Shown: piece after piece, positions 24,751 through 27,031 of the stretch
How positions within the stretch are numbered: the stretch's first letter is position 1
Layout: each line of letters opens with the position of its first letter
NCBI GenBank assembly: GCA_964475675.1
Contig: CAYYZI010000002.1
Location: 1-27,031 of the forward strand
DNA from: an uncultured Geminicoccaceae bacterium
Lineage (GTDB): Bacteria; Pseudomonadota; Alphaproteobacteria; Geminicoccales; Geminicoccaceae
Direction: 5' to 3'
Length of the DNA: 27,031 nucleotides
Made by a program: the position numbers and the translations under genes
Notes under the pieces: model-generated
The model's input: only the letters and a program-made list of their open reading frames with translations
Database searches by the model: none
Told to the model about the DNA's origin: nothing

Positions 24751-27015
24751 ATGCGCGGTGAGATTGTGCAGACACGCCCCGACCTTTCGGAACGTTTGTT
24801 CGAGGGTGGGGAGGTGATTGATGTGGGGAGTGTGTTTGCGGTTCTGCGTCGTCGCAAGTGGCTGATTGCGGCGTTTTGCGTGCTGGGGGTGGTGCTGGGT
24901 CTGGCGGTCTCCTTGGCGATGGAGCCGAAATACACGGCGCGGGCGCAGATCGTGCTGGATCCGCGGCAGCCCAACTATGCCGATCTGCAGGCGGTGCTGG
25001 CGGGCCTGCCGGCGGATGCGGCGACCATTGCCACCCAGATCAAGCTGTTGCAGTCGCGGGGGTTCCATGCCCGGGTGATGGAGGATCTGGGTCTGTTCGA
25101 CGATCCCGAGTTCAATCCCTTTGCCGCCTTGCCGCCGGGGGCGGTACCGCTGGCGCCGCGCGAGGGTCTGGCGGCGGTGCTGTTCTTCCTGCCGCGGAAC
25201 TGGCTGGTGGCGGCGGGTCTGGTGGATCCGCCGCGGCCGCTGTTGGAGAGCGAGGCGGCGGCGCGGGCGCGGGAGATCGCGCTTGCGCGTTTCGCCAGGG
25301 GGCTCGAGCTTTCGGGGGACATGTCCTATGTGATCGGTCTTTCCTTCACCTCCGAGGATCCGGTCAAGGCGGCGCGGATCGCCAACCGGATGGTGGAGAT
25401 GTTCGTCGACGACCAGCTCAAGACCAAGCTGCTGGCGACCAGTCGGGTGAGTCTGTGGCTGGAGGAGCGGCTGGCTTCCCTCAAGCGGGAGGTGGCCGAG
25501 GCCGAGGCGGCGGTGGAGCGGTTCCGGGCGGAGAACAATCTGCTGTCGGCCCAGGCCGAGGGTCCGACCCTGAGCGAGCAGGAGCTGGGGGATCTCAACC
25601 GGCAGCTGATCGAGGCGCGGGCGGAGCTGGCCGAGAAGCGGGCGCGGCTCTCGCTGGTGCGGGAGCTGGAGCGCGGCGGCCGGGCCCTGGATTCGGTGCC
25701 GGAGGTGGCGGCTTCGCCGATCATCGCCAATCTGCGCAACCAGGAGACCGAATTGCTGCGCCAGGAGGCGGAGCTGTCGACGCTCTATGGCGAGAAGCAT
25801 CCGCGGATGGTCCAGCTGCGGCGCGAGAAGGCCAATCTGCAGGCCAAGATCCGCACCGAGATCGCGCGCATCGTGCGCACCCTGGAGAACGATGTGCGGG
25901 GGGTGGCGGCGCGGGTGGCGGCGCTGGAGAAGGAGCTTTCGGGGGTCAAGCGGCAGACCGCGGTCAACCGCGAGGCGGAGGTCAAGCTGCGCGAGCTGGA
26001 GCGCCAGGCCCAGGCCAGCCGCCAGCTCTACGAGACCTTCCTGCAGCGCTACAAGGAGACCCGTGCCCAGCAGGAGATCGTCGAGCCGGATGTGCGCATC
26101 GTCGCCAAGGCGACGCCGCCGGCGGGGCCCAGCACCCCGGGGCCGAAGCTGTTCGCGGCCGCCGGCTTCGGCGTGTTCTTCGTGTTCGGCAGCGTGCTGG
26201 CGCTCCTTTTGGAGCGGATGGACCGGGGGCTTCGCAGTGCCCGCGAGGTGGAGGCGCTGTTGGGCCTGCCGACCCTCGCCCGGGTGCCGCTCCTGCAGCG
26301 GCTGGGCCGCGGCAGGAAACCCCACCAGTATCTGATGGACAAGCCGCTTTCGGCTTATGCCGAGGCGCTCAGGGGGATCTACACCGCGCTCAAGCTGGGC
26401 AGCGGCGACCGCCCGCCCAAGGTGGTGATGGTGACCTCCTCGCTGCCCGAGGAGGGCAAGACGACGCTGGCGGTGAGCCTCGCCATGTTCGCCGCCCGGG
26501 CCAAGAAGCGGGCCCTGCTGATCGATCTCGATCTGCGCCACCCCAGCGTCCATCGCGAGCTCGGCTGGCAGATCTCCAGCGGCCTCGTCGAATATGTGAG
26601 CGGCGAGCGCGGCCGCGAGGAGGTGATCCAGCACGATCTCGAAAGCGGCCTCTACTTCCTGCCGGTGCGCGGCCAGACCACCAACCCCACCGATCTCCTC
26701 GAGCATCGGCGGATGGCCGAGCTGATGGCCTGGGCCCGCGAGGAATTCGATCTGGTGGTGCTCGACACCGCGCCCCTGGCCAGCGTCAGCGACAGCCGCC
26801 TCGCCGCGCTTTTGGCCGACAAGGTGCTGTTCGTGCTGCGCTGGGGGGTCACCGAGGCCGGGGCGGCCAGCGAAAGCGTCCAGCTCCTGCGCGAGATCGG
26901 GGTCGAACCCGCCGGTACCGTGTTCACCATGGTCGACCTCAAGAAACACGCCCAGTACGGCTACGGAGACCTCGGACAGTACTACGGCAAAGCCGCCAAA
27001 TACTACATCGATTGA
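24751..27015 (+). CDS. wzc: Wzc/GumC/ExoP-type polysaccharide co-polymerase with BY-kinase domain
   Basis: ATG 24751 after GGAG. Wzz-type N-terminus (LRRRKWLI...PKYTARAQI), coiled coils, second TM, Walker A SSLPEEGKTT, A' LIDLDLRHP, Walker B VVLDTAP, C-terminal Tyr cluster QYGYGDLGQYYGKAAKYY. Confidence 0.93.
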   Translation: MRGEIVQTRPDLSERLFEGGEVIDVGSVFAVLRRRKWLIAAFCVLGVVLGLAVSLAMEPKYTARAQIVLDPRQPNYADLQAVLAGLPADAATIATQIKLLQSRGFHARVMEDLGLFDDPEFNPFAALPPGAVPLAPREGLAAVLFFLPRNWLVAAGLVDPPRPLLESEAAARAREIALARFARGLELSGDMSYVIGLSFTSEDPVKAARIANRMVEMFVDDQLKTKLLATSRVSLWLEERLASLKREVAEAEAAVERFRAENNLLSAQAEGPTLSEQELGDLNRQLIEARAELAEKRARLSLVRELERGGRALDSVPEVAASPIIANLRNQETELLRQEAELSTLYGEKHPRMVQLRREKANLQAKIRTEIARIVRTLENDVRGVAARVAALEKELSGVKRQTAVNREAEVKLRELERQAQASRQLYETFLQRYKETRAQQEIVEPDVRIVAKATPPAGPSTPGPKLFAAAGFGVFFVFGSVLALLLERMDRGLRSAREVEALLGLPTLARVPLLQRLGRGRKPHQYLMDKPLSAYAEALRGIYTALKLGSGDRPPKVVMVTSSLPEEGKTTLAVSLAMFAARAKKRALLIDLDLRHPSVHRELGWQISSGLVEYVSGERGREEVIQHDLESGLYFLPVRGQTTNPTDLLEHRRMAELMAWAREEFDLVVLDTAPLASVSDSRLAALLADKVLFVLRWGVTEAGAASESVQLLREIGVEPAGTVFTMVDLKKHAQYGYGDLGQYYGKAAKYYID

Positions 27016-27031
27016 AAAAACAGCCAACGGC

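Noticed and set aside
24295-27027. 910-aa minus-strand ORF
   Set aside because: Antisense shadow of wzc; no motifs.
1-27031. rRNA, tRNA, transposase/integrase and phage structural genes
   Set aside because: None recognised anywhere in the window.

Overview
GC-rich bacterial DNA with alphaproteobacterial-type gene content (inference). The centre of the window is a complete plasmid-type replication and partition module. It has a perfect DnaA box (18734-18742), an AT-rich element, eleven 16-bp direct repeats (iterons, GTGAACGATGTACCGA) ending next to the stop of an RPA-family repA, a twelfth repeat just upstream of repA, and a short parA overlapping a small ribbon-helix-helix partner. This module is interleaved with housekeeping genes (pgi, aroE, tag), which suggests a chromid or domesticated megaplasmid. 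Other genes: a large Ig-repeat/DUF2341/LamG surface protein (truncated by the window), two multi-PAS c-di-GMP enzymes, an FAD oxidoreductase, a SorAB-like sulfite dehydrogenase pair, a small lipoprotein, a TfoX-family protein, a NUDIX hydrolase, an SDR, Hsp20, a Crp/Fnr regulator, an uncharacterised four-gene operon built around a MotA/TolQ/ExbB-like channel, and a Wzc/GumC tyrosine kinase. Non-coding signals read by eye: two candidate sRNAs with anti-Shine-Dalgarno tracts, a 16-bp palindrome shared by two distant promoters, GANTC sites abutting iterons, and a cluster of CGCGTA motifs near parA. All family assignments come from motif recognition; no database search was run.
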